Assembly (NCBI GenBank): GCA_013373325.1 | Contig: JABXIA010000057.1 | Span: 5,896-69,895, forward strand | DNA length: 64,000 nucleotides | Reading direction: 5' to 3' | Origin: Paracoccaceae bacterium | GTDB taxonomy: Bacteria > Pseudomonadota > Alphaproteobacteria > Rhodobacterales > Rhodobacteraceae | Shown: in pieces, positions 16,348-25,073 of the stretch | How the letters are laid out: the number at the start of each line of letters is the position of its first letter | Numbering within the stretch: the stretch's first letter is position 1 | Made by a program: the position numbers and the translations under genes | The notes under the pieces: model-generated | Seen by the model: only the letters and a program-made list of their open reading frames with translations | Told to the model about the DNA's origin: nothing | Databases searched by the model: none

Positions 16348-17127
16348 TTACCGGAATACTGGGGAGGTCTTGCTGAGAAAGGCGCCGATGCCCGCCTGGG
16401 CCTCGTCACCGCCAAGGGCCTGCGCCATGGCATCGCGTTCATGGGTCAACTGGTCTTCGAAACTGGCGGTTTCAGCCTGGTTGAGCAGCGCCTTGATGCC
16501 GGCAATTGCCTGTTCGGGGCCGCGGGCCACCGCATCGGCCAGCGCTTCGGCCTGCGCCAGGGTGCGGCCCTTGGGGGCCAGTTCCGTCACCGCCCCCAGC
16601 TGGTGCATCCGTTCCGCGCTGAGCGGTTCCGCCAGCATCGCCATCCGGGCCACGGTCGCCCGCGGCAGCGCCTGCGTCAGCGCGTAGGTGGCGCCGCCAT
16701 CCGGCACCAGGCCCGCCTTGACGTAGGCCAGGGTGAACTTTGCCCCCTCCTCCGCGACGATCATGTCCGCTGCCATCGCCAGGGACAGCCCGGCCCCGGC
16801 CGCACCGCCTTCGACCGCTGCGATCACTGGCTTGGGGCAGTCCCGGACCGCACGGATCAAGGCGTTCAGCTTGCCGATCTGCACCTGCCGTTCCTCGTAT
16901 GGCATCTCCCGGCGTTCCTTCAGCATGTTCAGATTGCCGCCGGAGCAAAAGAACCCGCCCGCGCCCGCCAGGATCACCGCAGCAATCGCAGGATCCCGCG
17001 CCGCCCGCGCCAGACCGTCCTGCAAGCCGTGGTAGTATTCATACGACAGCGCATTGCGCATGCCTGTGTTGCAGTTCCAGATAACCAGGGTCCCGCCGCG
17101 GACCTCATGCCGGTAAAGCGCGCTCAT
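16348..17127 (-). CDS. enoyl-CoA hydratase/isomerase (crotonase fold)
   Basis: Motifs ILAGAGGFFCSGGNL and AAVEGGAAGAGLSLAMAADMIVA are present. The ATG at 17127 overlaps the upstream stop (ATGA). Confidence 0.85.
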   Translation of the reverse strand: MSALYRHEVRGGTLVIWNCNTGMRNALSYEYYHGLQDGLARAARDPAIAAVILAGAGGFFCSGGNLNMLKERREMPYEERQVQIGKLNALIRAVRDCPKPVIAAVEGGAAGAGLSLAMAADMIVAEEGAKFTLAYVKAGLVPDGGATYALTQALPRATVARMAMLAEPLSAERMHQLGAVTELAPKGRTLAQAEALADAVARGPEQAIAGIKALLNQAETASFEDQLTHERDAMAQALGGDEAQAGIGAFLSKTSPVFR

Positions 17128-17549
17128 GCCGCATCCTCTGCTGCTGTTCCCCGCACCCGCTTGAAGACGCCGGTGGAGGCCGCGATCAGCCGCCCCGTCC
17201 CGTCCAGCAGGCCGCAAGAGACAAATTTGGTGGCGCTGCCGCCGCCGGTGATCTGCCCGGACGCCCGCACGCGGCCAGACCGGGCCACCGCCAGGTAATT
17301 GACGTTCAGCGACAGGGTGGCAAAGGGAGTGATGCCCTGCGGATCGCAGGACAGGCTGGCCGTTATGCCGCTGGCGGTGTCCAGCAGCGTCGCCGCAACC
17401 CCGCCATGCAAGCCGCCCTGCCGGTTCAGATGCAAAGACGAAATCTCCAGCACGCAATGCGCCTCAACCGCCTCCGGGTCGAGTTCGATGCTGTACCCCA
17501 TCGCCTCGAACAGCGGGATCAGGGGCCTGCCGGGACGGACCAGCGCCAT
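17124..17549 (-). CDS. PaaI-type hotdog-fold thioesterase
   Basis: 141-aa protein whose LNRQGGLHGGVAATLLDTASG motif is typical of PaaI/YdiI thioesterases. Confidence 0.8.
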   Translation of the reverse strand: MALVRPGRPLIPLFEAMGYSIELDPEAVEAHCVLEISSLHLNRQGGLHGGVAATLLDTASGITASLSCDPQGITPFATLSLNVNYLAVARSGRVRASGQITGGGSATKFVSCGLLDGTGRLIAASTGVFKRVRGTAAEDAA

Positions 17550-17552
17550 ATC

Positions 17553-18683
17553 TTACCCTGCCTTCAGCGCGATGAAGCGCTCCAGATGGTAGTCCGTGTC
17601 GCCGAACAGATGGTCGATCATCGTCAGCCGGCGGGCAAAGTGGGACAGCGCGTATTCATCGGTCATGCCGATGCCGCCATGCATCTGGATGCATTCCTCG
17701 GCCACCAGCGCCCCGGCGCGCCCAATCAGGTTCTTGGCGGCGCTGGCGTGGATCTCGCGCAGCTCCCGCGGCTGGTCCAGATTGCCCGCCAGGTTGATCA
17801 CCGCCGAACGCGCCTGCTCCACCTCGATCAGCATATCCGCCATCCGGTGCTGCAGCGCCTGAAACTTGCCGATCGGCAGGCCGAACTGCTTGCGCTCCTT
17901 CAGATAGCTGATGGTCAGATCCTTGGCGGCCTCCATCGCCCCCAGCGCCTCGGCGCAAAGGGCTGCCAGGCCGCGGGCAACAGCGGCTTCCAGCGCTTCC
18001 AGCCCGCCGCCGGCCGCGCCCAGCCGCGCCGTCTCCGCCAGCCGCACCCCGTCCAGCGCAACCGTTGCTGACGGTATGGCGTCCATATTACGGTGGCCGC
18101 TGACGGTCACGCCCGGCGTGTTCACCGGCACCAGAAACAACGAAATGCCTGCCGCATCCGCCACCGCGCCGGCCTCCCGTGCCGACACCACAAGAGTCTG
18201 CGCCTCGGCGCCGTACAGCACATGGGTCTTGATGCCGTTCAGAACGATGGCATCGCCTTTGGCTGCCGCCGTGGTTTCCACGTGGTTCAGGTCATAACGC
18301 GATCCGGCTTCGCCCTGGGCCAGCGCCGCCAGATGGGTTCCGGCAATGATCTCATCCGCCAGTCCGCGCTGGCGGCCATTACCAATTGCGGCAATCAGCC
18401 CGCCCGCCAGCACTGCCGGCAGCACCGGTTCAATCACCCCGGCGCGGCCCAGCTCTTCGAACACCACCATCAGGTCAAAGCCTTCGCCGCCGAAACCGCC
18501 CTGATCCTCGCGGAACATGGCGCCCAGCACGCCCAGTCCGGCCAGCCCGGCATAGATCCCGGTATCAAAGGGCTCACCCGCCGCAATCAGCGCCCGCCGG
18601 TTCTCATGCGCGTATTTGTCCGCCAGGAACCGCCGCAGCGTATCGCGCAGCATCATCCGTTCTTCGGTCAGATTGAAATCCAT
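17553..18683 (-). CDS. acyl-CoA dehydrogenase family protein (possible non-catalytic partner subunit)
   Basis: ACAD-length protein with ACAD-like N-terminal, middle and C-terminal regions. The C-terminal FGDTDYHLERF sits where MCAD has YEGTxEIQ. Confidence 0.88.
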   Translation of the reverse strand: MDFNLTEERMMLRDTLRRFLADKYAHENRRALIAAGEPFDTGIYAGLAGLGVLGAMFREDQGGFGGEGFDLMVVFEELGRAGVIEPVLPAVLAGGLIAAIGNGRQRGLADEIIAGTHLAALAQGEAGSRYDLNHVETTAAAKGDAIVLNGIKTHVLYGAEAQTLVVSAREAGAVADAAGISLFLVPVNTPGVTVSGHRNMDAIPSATVALDGVRLAETARLGAAGGGLEALEAAVARGLAALCAEALGAMEAAKDLTISYLKERKQFGLPIGKFQALQHRMADMLIEVEQARSAVINLAGNLDQPRELREIHASAAKNLIGRAGALVAEECIQMHGGIGMTDEYALSHFARRLTMIDHLFGDTDYHLERFIALKAG

Positions 18684-18697
18684 GTCGCCTGCCCCCG

Positions 18698-19894
18698 CTA
18701 CAGCCCCAGAATGGCCTTGGTGATGATGGTGCGCTGCACCTCGTTCGAACCGCCAAAGATCGAAAGCTTGCGCATGTTAAAATATGAGGGCGCCGCCGCT
18801 GCCGCATGGTCCGGACCCAGCGCCGCTGCATTGCTGCCGCCATCCAGAAAGTCCGGCTGGAACGGCAGCGCGTCCGGCCCCATCGCCCGGCGCAGCAGTG
18901 ACGTCAGCTCCTGCCGGATCACCGTGCCCTTGACCTTCAGCATCGAGCTTTCGGCGCCGGGCGCCTGCCCCTTGGCCGCTGCCGAGACAACCCGCAGGTT
19001 GGTGGTCGCCATCGCCATCAGGTCGATCTCCGCCTGCGCCATGCGGGCCGCGAAATGCGGGTTCTCCGCCAGCGGCCGGCCGCCGGACTTCACCCGCCCG
19101 GCAACATGTTTCAAAGTGGTCAAAAGCGCCGTGGAAAACCCCACGCCTGCAATATTGGTGCGCTCATGGGTCAGCAGGTACTTGGCGTAGGTCCAGCCCT
19201 TGTTCTCCTCGCCCACCAGGTTCTCTGCAGGCACCCTGACGTTGTCAAAGAACACCTCGTTCACCTCCGGCTCGCCATCAATCAGCACGATGGGGCGGAC
19301 CGTGACACCAGGCGTGTCCATGTCGATAAGCAGAAAGGAGATGCCTTCCTGTTTCTTGGCACCCGGATCCGTCCGCACCAGGCAGAATATCCAGTTCGCG
19401 TGCTGGCCCAGCGTGGTCCAGGTCTTCTGGCCATTAACCACATAATGACCGCCGTCGCGCACCGCGCGGGTCTTGACCGCCGCCAGATCGGACCCTGCGC
19501 CCGGCTCGGAATAGCCCTGGCACCACCAGTCCCGGCCGTTCAAAATGCGCGGCAGAAAACGCTGGCGCTGGTCTTCGGTTCCAAACGCCAGCAGCACCGG
19601 CGCCAGCATCGACAGGCCAAAGGGCAGGCTGCGCGGGGCATGGGCCAGGCAGGCTTCCTCCTCGAAGATATGGCGCTGCACCGCGTTCCACTCGCAGCCG
19701 CCATAGGCCCGCGGCCAGTTCGGCGCCAGCCAGCCGCGCGCATTCAGCAGGCTGTGCCACAGTTCCATGTCCGCCTTGGCCAGCCGCTTGCCCAGCCGCA
19801 CCTTTTCGCGCAGCTCATGCGGCAGGGTTTCCTTCAGCCACTGGCGGACCTCTGTCCGGAATGCCTGTTCTTCCCTGGTGTAATTCAGATCCAT
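18698..19894 (-). CDS. acyl-CoA dehydrogenase
   Basis: The sequence contains MDLNYTREEQAFR..., WWCQGYSEPGAGSDLA and FGGSNEVQRTII. The start was trimmed to 19894 to clear the thiolase stop. Confidence 0.9.
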   Translation of the reverse strand: MDLNYTREEQAFRTEVRQWLKETLPHELREKVRLGKRLAKADMELWHSLLNARGWLAPNWPRAYGGCEWNAVQRHIFEEEACLAHAPRSLPFGLSMLAPVLLAFGTEDQRQRFLPRILNGRDWWCQGYSEPGAGSDLAAVKTRAVRDGGHYVVNGQKTWTTLGQHANWIFCLVRTDPGAKKQEGISFLLIDMDTPGVTVRPIVLIDGEPEVNEVFFDNVRVPAENLVGEENKGWTYAKYLLTHERTNIAGVGFSTALLTTLKHVAGRVKSGGRPLAENPHFAARMAQAEIDLMAMATTNLRVVSAAAKGQAPGAESSMLKVKGTVIRQELTSLLRRAMGPDALPFQPDFLDGGSNAAALGPDHAAAAAPSYFNMRKLSIFGGSNEVQRTIITKAILGL

Positions 19895-19907
19895 CGCGTG
19901 GTGCCCC

Positions 19908-21086
19908 TCAGAAGATTTCAAACAGGCCGGCCGCACCCATGCCGCCGCCGATGCACATAGTGACAACGCCCAGCCTGGCGCCGCGCCGCCGGCCTTCCAG
20001 CAGCAGATGCCCGGTCATCCGCGCCCCGGTCATGCCGAACGGGTGGCCGATCGAGATCGAACCGCCGTTGACGTTGCAAATCTCCGGGTCGATCCCCAGC
20101 CGGTCGCGGCAGTACAGCGCCTGCGAGGCAAAGGCCTCGTTCAGCTCCCACAGATCAATGTCGCTGACCGTCAGCCCGTGCCGCTGCAGCAGGCGCGGCA
20201 CCGCATGGACCGGGCCGATGCCCATTTCGTCCGGCTCGCAGCCTGCCACGGCAAAGCCCTTGAAGGCGCCCAGCGGCTCGGCGCCTTCCCGTTCGGCCAC
20301 CGCGCTGTCCATCAGCACCAGCGCCGCCGCCCCGTCGCTCAGCTGCGAAGCATTGCCGGCGGTGACGAAATGCCCCTCCCCCTGCACCGGGGCCAGCGCT
20401 GCCAGCCCCTCCAGCGTGGTGCCCGGCCGGTTGCAGTCATCCATGGCAAAATTCACCTCCTTGCGGGTGATCTCGCCGCTTTCCTTGTCCTTGAAGGCCT
20501 GGGTCACGGTGATGGGCACGATTTCCTCATCCAAACGCCCCGCGGCCTGCGCCGCTGCCGTGCGCTGCTGGCTGGTGAGCGCCAGCTCATCCTGCGCCTC
20601 GCGGCTGATGCCATAGCGTTCGGCGACAATATCCGCCGTCTGGATCATCGGCAGATACAGCTCCGGTTTGTTTTCCAGGATCCAGGCCTCCCGCGCCTGC
20701 GGCGGGCGTGCGGGCGGCATCTGACTGATGCTTTCCACCCCGGCCCCGATCGCGGCCGGCGCGCCCTCCATCACAATCGAATGCGCCGCCATCGCAACCG
20801 CCTGCAGCCCGGAAGAGCAGAAGCGGTTCACGGTGGCCGCGGAAACGGACACCGGCAGCCCTGCGCGGATCACCGACTGGCGGGCAATGTTGGAGCCGGT
20901 CCAGCCTTCGGGATAGCCGCAGCCGACCAGCGCGTCCTCGATCAGGTCCGGCGCAATGCCGGCCCGCTGCACCGCGTGGCTGATAGCATGGCCCGCCATG
21001 GTTGCCCCATGGGTTTCATTGAAGGCGCCGCGGTAGGATTTGGCCAGACCGGTGCGCGCGGTGGAGACGATGACCGCCTGTTTCAT
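19908..21086 (-). CDS. acetyl-CoA C-acyltransferase (thiolase)
   Basis: The sequence contains [32 protein letters not shown] (Cys nucleophile), NEAFASQ and [11 protein letters not shown]. The start was trimmed to the ATG at 21086. Confidence 0.9.
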   Translation of the reverse strand: MKQAVIVSTARTGLAKSYRGAFNETHGATMAGHAISHAVQRAGIAPDLIEDALVGCGYPEGWTGSNIARQSVIRAGLPVSVSAATVNRFCSSGLQAVAMAAHSIVMEGAPAAIGAGVESISQMPPARPPQAREAWILENKPELYLPMIQTADIVAERYGISREAQDELALTSQQRTAAAQAAGRLDEEIVPITVTQAFKDKESGEITRKEVNFAMDDCNRPGTTLEGLAALAPVQGEGHFVTAGNASQLSDGAAALVLMDSAVAEREGAEPLGAFKGFAVAGCEPDEMGIGPVHAVPRLLQRHGLTVSDIDLWELNEAFASQALYCRDRLGIDPEICNVNGGSISIGHPFGMTGARMTGHLLLEGRRRGARLGVVTMCIGGGMGAAGLFEIF

Positions 21087-21097
21087 TGCAAACTCCT

Positions 21098-23191
21098 TCA
21101 GGTGTTGAGGCTGGCAAAGGTGCGGCCTTCGGCGGCCAGGCGTTCCAGCAGCGGCGCAGGCTGCCAGAGCAGGGGATCTTCTTCGTGGAAGCGGCAGATA
21201 TCCTGCAGGATGCTGTCCAGCCCGATGGCATCGGCATAATGCATCGGCCCGCCGCGCCAGCGCGGAAACCCGTAACCGTTCAGCAGGGTCACATCCACAT
21301 CCAGCGGCCGCAGGGCAATGCCATCGCCGACCACGCGCGCCGCCTCGTTCACCATTGCAGCCATGTACCGGCGGATGATTTCCGCATCGCCGATACTGCG
21401 GGGCGTGATGCCCTTGGCAGCCCGTTCCGCCGCGATGATCTCCTCCACCTCGGGGTCGGGACGGGGGCTGCCGGCGCCCTCCTCGTAGATATAGAAACCG
21501 CGCCCGGTCTTGCGCCCGAACCGGCCCAACTCGCACAGCCGGTCGGCAAATTCCGGGTAGGTCTCGCGCGGGTCACGCGCCGGAGCCAAACGTTTGCGGT
21601 TCGCCCAGCCGATGTCCAGCCCCGCCAGATCGCCGACTGCAAACGGCCCCATCGCCAGGCCAAAGCCGGTCAGCGCTTCGTCCACCGCATAAGGGCTCGC
21701 CCCTGCCAGCACCATGCCATAGACCGCCTTGCTGTAGTGCGACAGGATCCGGTTGCCGATGAACCCGTCGCAGACGCCTGCGCGCACCGCCACTTTCTTC
21801 AGCCGCTTGGCCAGCGCAAAACCCGTCGCCACAGCGTCCGGGGCGGTTTCAGCCCCCACCACAACTTCCAGCAGCCGCATAACATGCGCCGGCGAAAAGA
21901 AATGCAGACCGATCACATCCTGCGGGCGGCTGGTCATTGCCGCAATCCGGTTCAGATCGAGGTATGAGGTGTTCGACGCCAGAATGGCCCCGGGCTTGCA
22001 AACTTCATCAAGCCGGGTGAAGACGTCCTTCTTGACGTCCATGCTTTCAAACACGGCTTCGATCACCAGATCCGCCTGTGCGAAGTCCTCGTAGGTAGTG
22101 GTGCAGCGGAAGGCTCCGGCAAGCATGGCATCGCGCTGCGGCGCGGACAGCTTGCCGCGTTTCACAGCACTCTCCAGCATCTTCCCGACGCTGGCCGCGG
22201 CCCGCGCCGCTGCCGCCTCGTCGCGCTCAAGCAGGGTCACGTCCAGGCCGCTTAACAGGGCGCTGACAGCTATCCCCGCCCCCATTGTGCCGCCGCCTAC
22301 AACACCCACCCGGCTGATTTCACGCGGTGCAGCCCGTTCGGCATCCGGCAGTTTTCCCGCCTGCCGCTCGGCAAAGAAGGCATGGATCAGGGCCTTGCTC
22401 TGATCGGAAGCCACAAGGTCCTGAAACAGCGCGCGCTCTTTCTTCAGCCCTTCGGCAAAGGGCAAGGACATTGCCGCCTCCAGCGCCTCCAGGCAGGCCA
22501 TCGGCGCAACGGCCCCGCGTGCCGCCTTGGCTGTTTTGGCCCTTAAGGCCGCCAGCTCCGCGGGCTCCAGCCGATTGCACGGCAGGCTGGCGGCCGGGCG
22601 CGGCCCCTTGCCCGCCGCGATCAGGTCCCGTGCAAAGGCAACACCTTCGGCGCAGGCATCGCTGCCGTCCCCGATTCTGTCGATCAATCCCATCGAGAGC
22701 GCCGCACCGGCATCAACCGGCTTGCCGCCGGTGATCATCCGGGCTGCATCCGCCGCCGGGATCAGCCGCGGCAGGCGCTGCGTGCCGCCTGCGCCGGGCA
22801 GCACCCCCAGCGTGACCTCCGGCAGACCAAAGCGGGTTCCCTTCAGCGCAACCCGGTAGTGCGCGCCCAGGGCAACCTCCAGCCCGCCGCCAAGCGCGTT
22901 CCCGTGCATCGCAGCCACGACCGGCACAGGCGCCGCTTCGATTTCATTAATGAGGTCCGGCAGAACCGGCGCCCGGGGCGGCGCGCCGAATTCCCGGATG
23001 TCCGCACCGGAAAAGAAGCTGCGCCCCGCGCAGCAGATAACCACCGCCCGGGTCTGCGCACTGTTCAGCGCCTTGCGCAAACAGTCCTGCAAGCCCGCGC
23101 GCACCGCGTGCGAAAGAGCATTCACCGGTGGATTCTCCACCGTCACAACAGCAATGCCGCCATCCATCGCCAGATTGACCAGGTTCTCCAT
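21098..23191 (-). CDS. bifunctional enoyl-CoA hydratase / 3-hydroxyacyl-CoA dehydrogenase (FadB/FadJ-like)
   Basis: An N-terminal crotonase domain ([27 protein letters not shown]) precedes an NAD-binding [14 protein letters not shown] motif. A GTG at 23224 is an alternative start. Confidence 0.9.
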   Translation of the reverse strand: MENLVNLAMDGGIAVVTVENPPVNALSHAVRAGLQDCLRKALNSAQTRAVVICCAGRSFFSGADIREFGAPPRAPVLPDLINEIEAAPVPVVAAMHGNALGGGLEVALGAHYRVALKGTRFGLPEVTLGVLPGAGGTQRLPRLIPAADAARMITGGKPVDAGAALSMGLIDRIGDGSDACAEGVAFARDLIAAGKGPRPAASLPCNRLEPAELAALRAKTAKAARGAVAPMACLEALEAAMSLPFAEGLKKERALFQDLVASDQSKALIHAFFAERQAGKLPDAERAAPREISRVGVVGGGTMGAGIAVSALLSGLDVTLLERDEAAAARAAASVGKMLESAVKRGKLSAPQRDAMLAGAFRCTTTYEDFAQADLVIEAVFESMDVKKDVFTRLDEVCKPGAILASNTSYLDLNRIAAMTSRPQDVIGLHFFSPAHVMRLLEVVVGAETAPDAVATGFALAKRLKKVAVRAGVCDGFIGNRILSHYSKAVYGMVLAGASPYAVDEALTGFGLAMGPFAVGDLAGLDIGWANRKRLAPARDPRETYPEFADRLCELGRFGRKTGRGFYIYEEGAGSPRPDPEVEEIIAAERAAKGITPRSIGDAEIIRRYMAAMVNEAARVVGDGIALRPLDVDVTLLNGYGFPRWRGGPMHYADAIGLDSILQDICRFHEEDPLLWQPAPLLERLAAEGRTFASLNT

Positions 23192-23248
23192 TTGCCCCCG
23201 CACATTGCTCTCAGAAACTCTCACCTGATTTGCTAGCGGCTCTCGTCC

Positions 23249-23291
23249 GTAATTTCAATATGTAAAATTACATTCCTCTTTGTAGAATTTA
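23249..23291. promoter_or_regulatory. AT-rich operator-like element upstream of the beta-oxidation-like operon
   Basis: GTAATTT-caatatgta-AAATTAC (a 7-9-7 inverted repeat, 23249-23271) is followed by AGAATTTA at 23284. The core resembles the (G/A)GAATTTT boxes at 13659-13706. Confidence 0.3.
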
Positions 23292-23435
23292 CTCACCGGG
23301 GCAACGACGCGCCCGAAAGGCCCCGCAGACAGCGGCCAAACAGCAAAGGACCGCCGGACGGCGGCAGGCATCGATCACGCCAGCCGCTGCTTTAGAAGGA
23401 ACTAGGTCAGGATACTGGAGGAACGGCGGCGGCGC

Positions 23436-24944
23436 CTAGGCCGGAGAGGACAGGCAGGCGCAAAGCTCTTCGACGGCGGCAGGAATGCGGTCCTCATGGG
23501 TGCAGCCGAACCCGAGCAGCAACCCGTTCAAGTCCCGCCGCTGCATACAGTAATAGGACAGCGCGTAGGCAGACAGTCCGCGCGAATCCAAATTGCTCAG
23601 CACATCCAGATCGCGGGTGCCCGGCGGCAGATCGGCAATCACCCGCAGGCCGCTGGTGTTCTGGCGCAGCGATACATGCGGGCTGGCGATGCGGTCAAAG
23701 CTGCTGATCATCGCCCTGCGGCGGCGCACATAGGCGCTGTGCATGCGGCGCATGTGGGTGCTCAGGTGGCCCTGGCTGATGAACTCCGCCAGCACCGCCT
23801 GCAGCCAGGTATTGGGGCCGCGGTCGGTGATCGCGCTCAGCGCCATCAGCGGCCGGGCCAGCGCCGGGGGCGCAATGATGAACCCCAGCCGCAGCGACGG
23901 GAACAGCGCGTTATTAAAGCTGGAGACATAGATCGTGCGCGCCTGATGGTCGTCGCAATAGATCGCCGGATCGGGCCGCCCGCCGAACATGAACTCATTG
24001 TCCAGATCGTCCTCGATCAGCCAGGCATCCCTGCGCCGGGCCCAGTCCATCCACTCCAGCCGCTGCGCAATCGGCATCACCGCACCCAGCGGGTACTGGC
24101 AGGAGGGGGTCAGATAGGCCAGCCGCGCGCCGCCGGTCTGCGGCCCGTCCTGCGGGACGGCGGCGCCGGCTTCCGTTACCCGCACCGGCACGACACTTCC
24201 GCCCTGGGCCTGAAAGCTCAGCCGCACCACCGGGCTGGAGGGGTCCTCCATCAGCACCTTGCCGCCGGGGTCGAGCAGCAGCGCGGCAATCAGGTTCAAG
24301 GACTGCTGCGAGCCATTGGTGACAATCACCTGACCGGGGCTGCATTTCAAGCCGCGCCGGTTCAGCACATGGTCGCAGATCGCCTCGCGCAGCGGCGCAT
24401 AACCGCCGGGCTGGCCATAGGCCATCATGGTGCTGTCCAGCCGGTTGCGGATGCGGTTTTCGATGCGGCCCCAGATCTTGTGCGGAAACAGGTCGATGGC
24501 CGGCACATTGGCTAGAAACGGACGCACCCGGACCGGGTCGAAATAGGTCGGATCCAGCCCCTCCGCCGCCGCCCTGCCGCGCTGCGACAGCCTGGGCGGC
24601 TGCGGCGCTTCCGCGGCGATGCCAGTGCCGGGATGCAAGCCGGGAAATTCCGGGTTCACAAAGGTACCGGACCCGGTGCGGCTTTGCAGGTAGCCTTCAC
24701 TGGCCAATTGCTCGAATGCGGCAACCAGGGTGCTGCGGGCAATCCCGTGATGCTCTTTCAGCCAGCGGGTCGACGGCAGCTTCTGTCCGGGTTTGATGCC
24801 GCCGTCCCGGATCATCCGCCGTAGCTGCTGGACCAGCTGCAGATACAGCGGCGTGGCCGATGTGCGGTCCAGCTGCAAAAACGGCAGCGGCGCAAAATGC
24901 TTGGTCTGCTCCGGCACCGGCATCTCCAAAATGGTTTGCATCAT
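23436..24944 (-). CDS. MocR/PdxR-type regulator (GntR wHTH + aminotransferase-like domain)
   Basis: The N-terminal LYLQLVQQLRRMIRDGGIKPGQKLPSTRWLKEHHGIARSTLVAAFEQLASEGYL is followed by a roughly 350-aa fold-type-I-like domain. Confidence 0.85.
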   Translation of the reverse strand: MMQTILEMPVPEQTKHFAPLPFLQLDRTSATPLYLQLVQQLRRMIRDGGIKPGQKLPSTRWLKEHHGIARSTLVAAFEQLASEGYLQSRTGSGTFVNPEFPGLHPGTGIAAEAPQPPRLSQRGRAAAEGLDPTYFDPVRVRPFLANVPAIDLFPHKIWGRIENRIRNRLDSTMMAYGQPGGYAPLREAICDHVLNRRGLKCSPGQVIVTNGSQQSLNLIAALLLDPGGKVLMEDPSSPVVRLSFQAQGGSVVPVRVTEAGAAVPQDGPQTGGARLAYLTPSCQYPLGAVMPIAQRLEWMDWARRRDAWLIEDDLDNEFMFGGRPDPAIYCDDHQARTIYVSSFNNALFPSLRLGFIIAPPALARPLMALSAITDRGPNTWLQAVLAEFISQGHLSTHMRRMHSAYVRRRRAMISSFDRIASPHVSLRQNTSGLRVIADLPPGTRDLDVLSNLDSRGLSAYALSYYCMQRRDLNGLLLGFGCTHEDRIPAAVEELCACLSSPA

Positions 24945-24979
24945 TTAATCAAAATGGACGTATCGGGCAAAACCATTTT
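24926..24979. promoter_or_regulatory. three evenly spaced CAAAATGG boxes (two direct, one inverted) in the MocR / SBP divergent region
   Basis: CAAAATGG occurs at 24927-24934 and 24950-24957, and CCATTTT at 24973-24979. The spacing is about 23 bp, and the array straddles the MocR start codon. Confidence 0.35.
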
Positions 24980-25073
24980 CTGCCACCACATCCTGGCCTG
25001 CCTTGACAGGGGGTGAACAGAAACAGGCTGTATTGCCCTGTCCGGGCCGTGGTGCAGCCAGCAGGGAAACAAC

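Noticed and set aside
16348-21536. N-terminal extensions given by the ORF track (for example the 369-aa crotonase and 542-aa thiolase, and likewise the NMO, nirD, bkdA1, dld, dctP, VIT1 and iclR ORFs)
   Set aside because: The extensions are Arg/Gly/Pro-rich and overlap the preceding gene. They also precede an internal Met that has an RBS and begins the conserved family N-terminus. Starts were trimmed accordingly.
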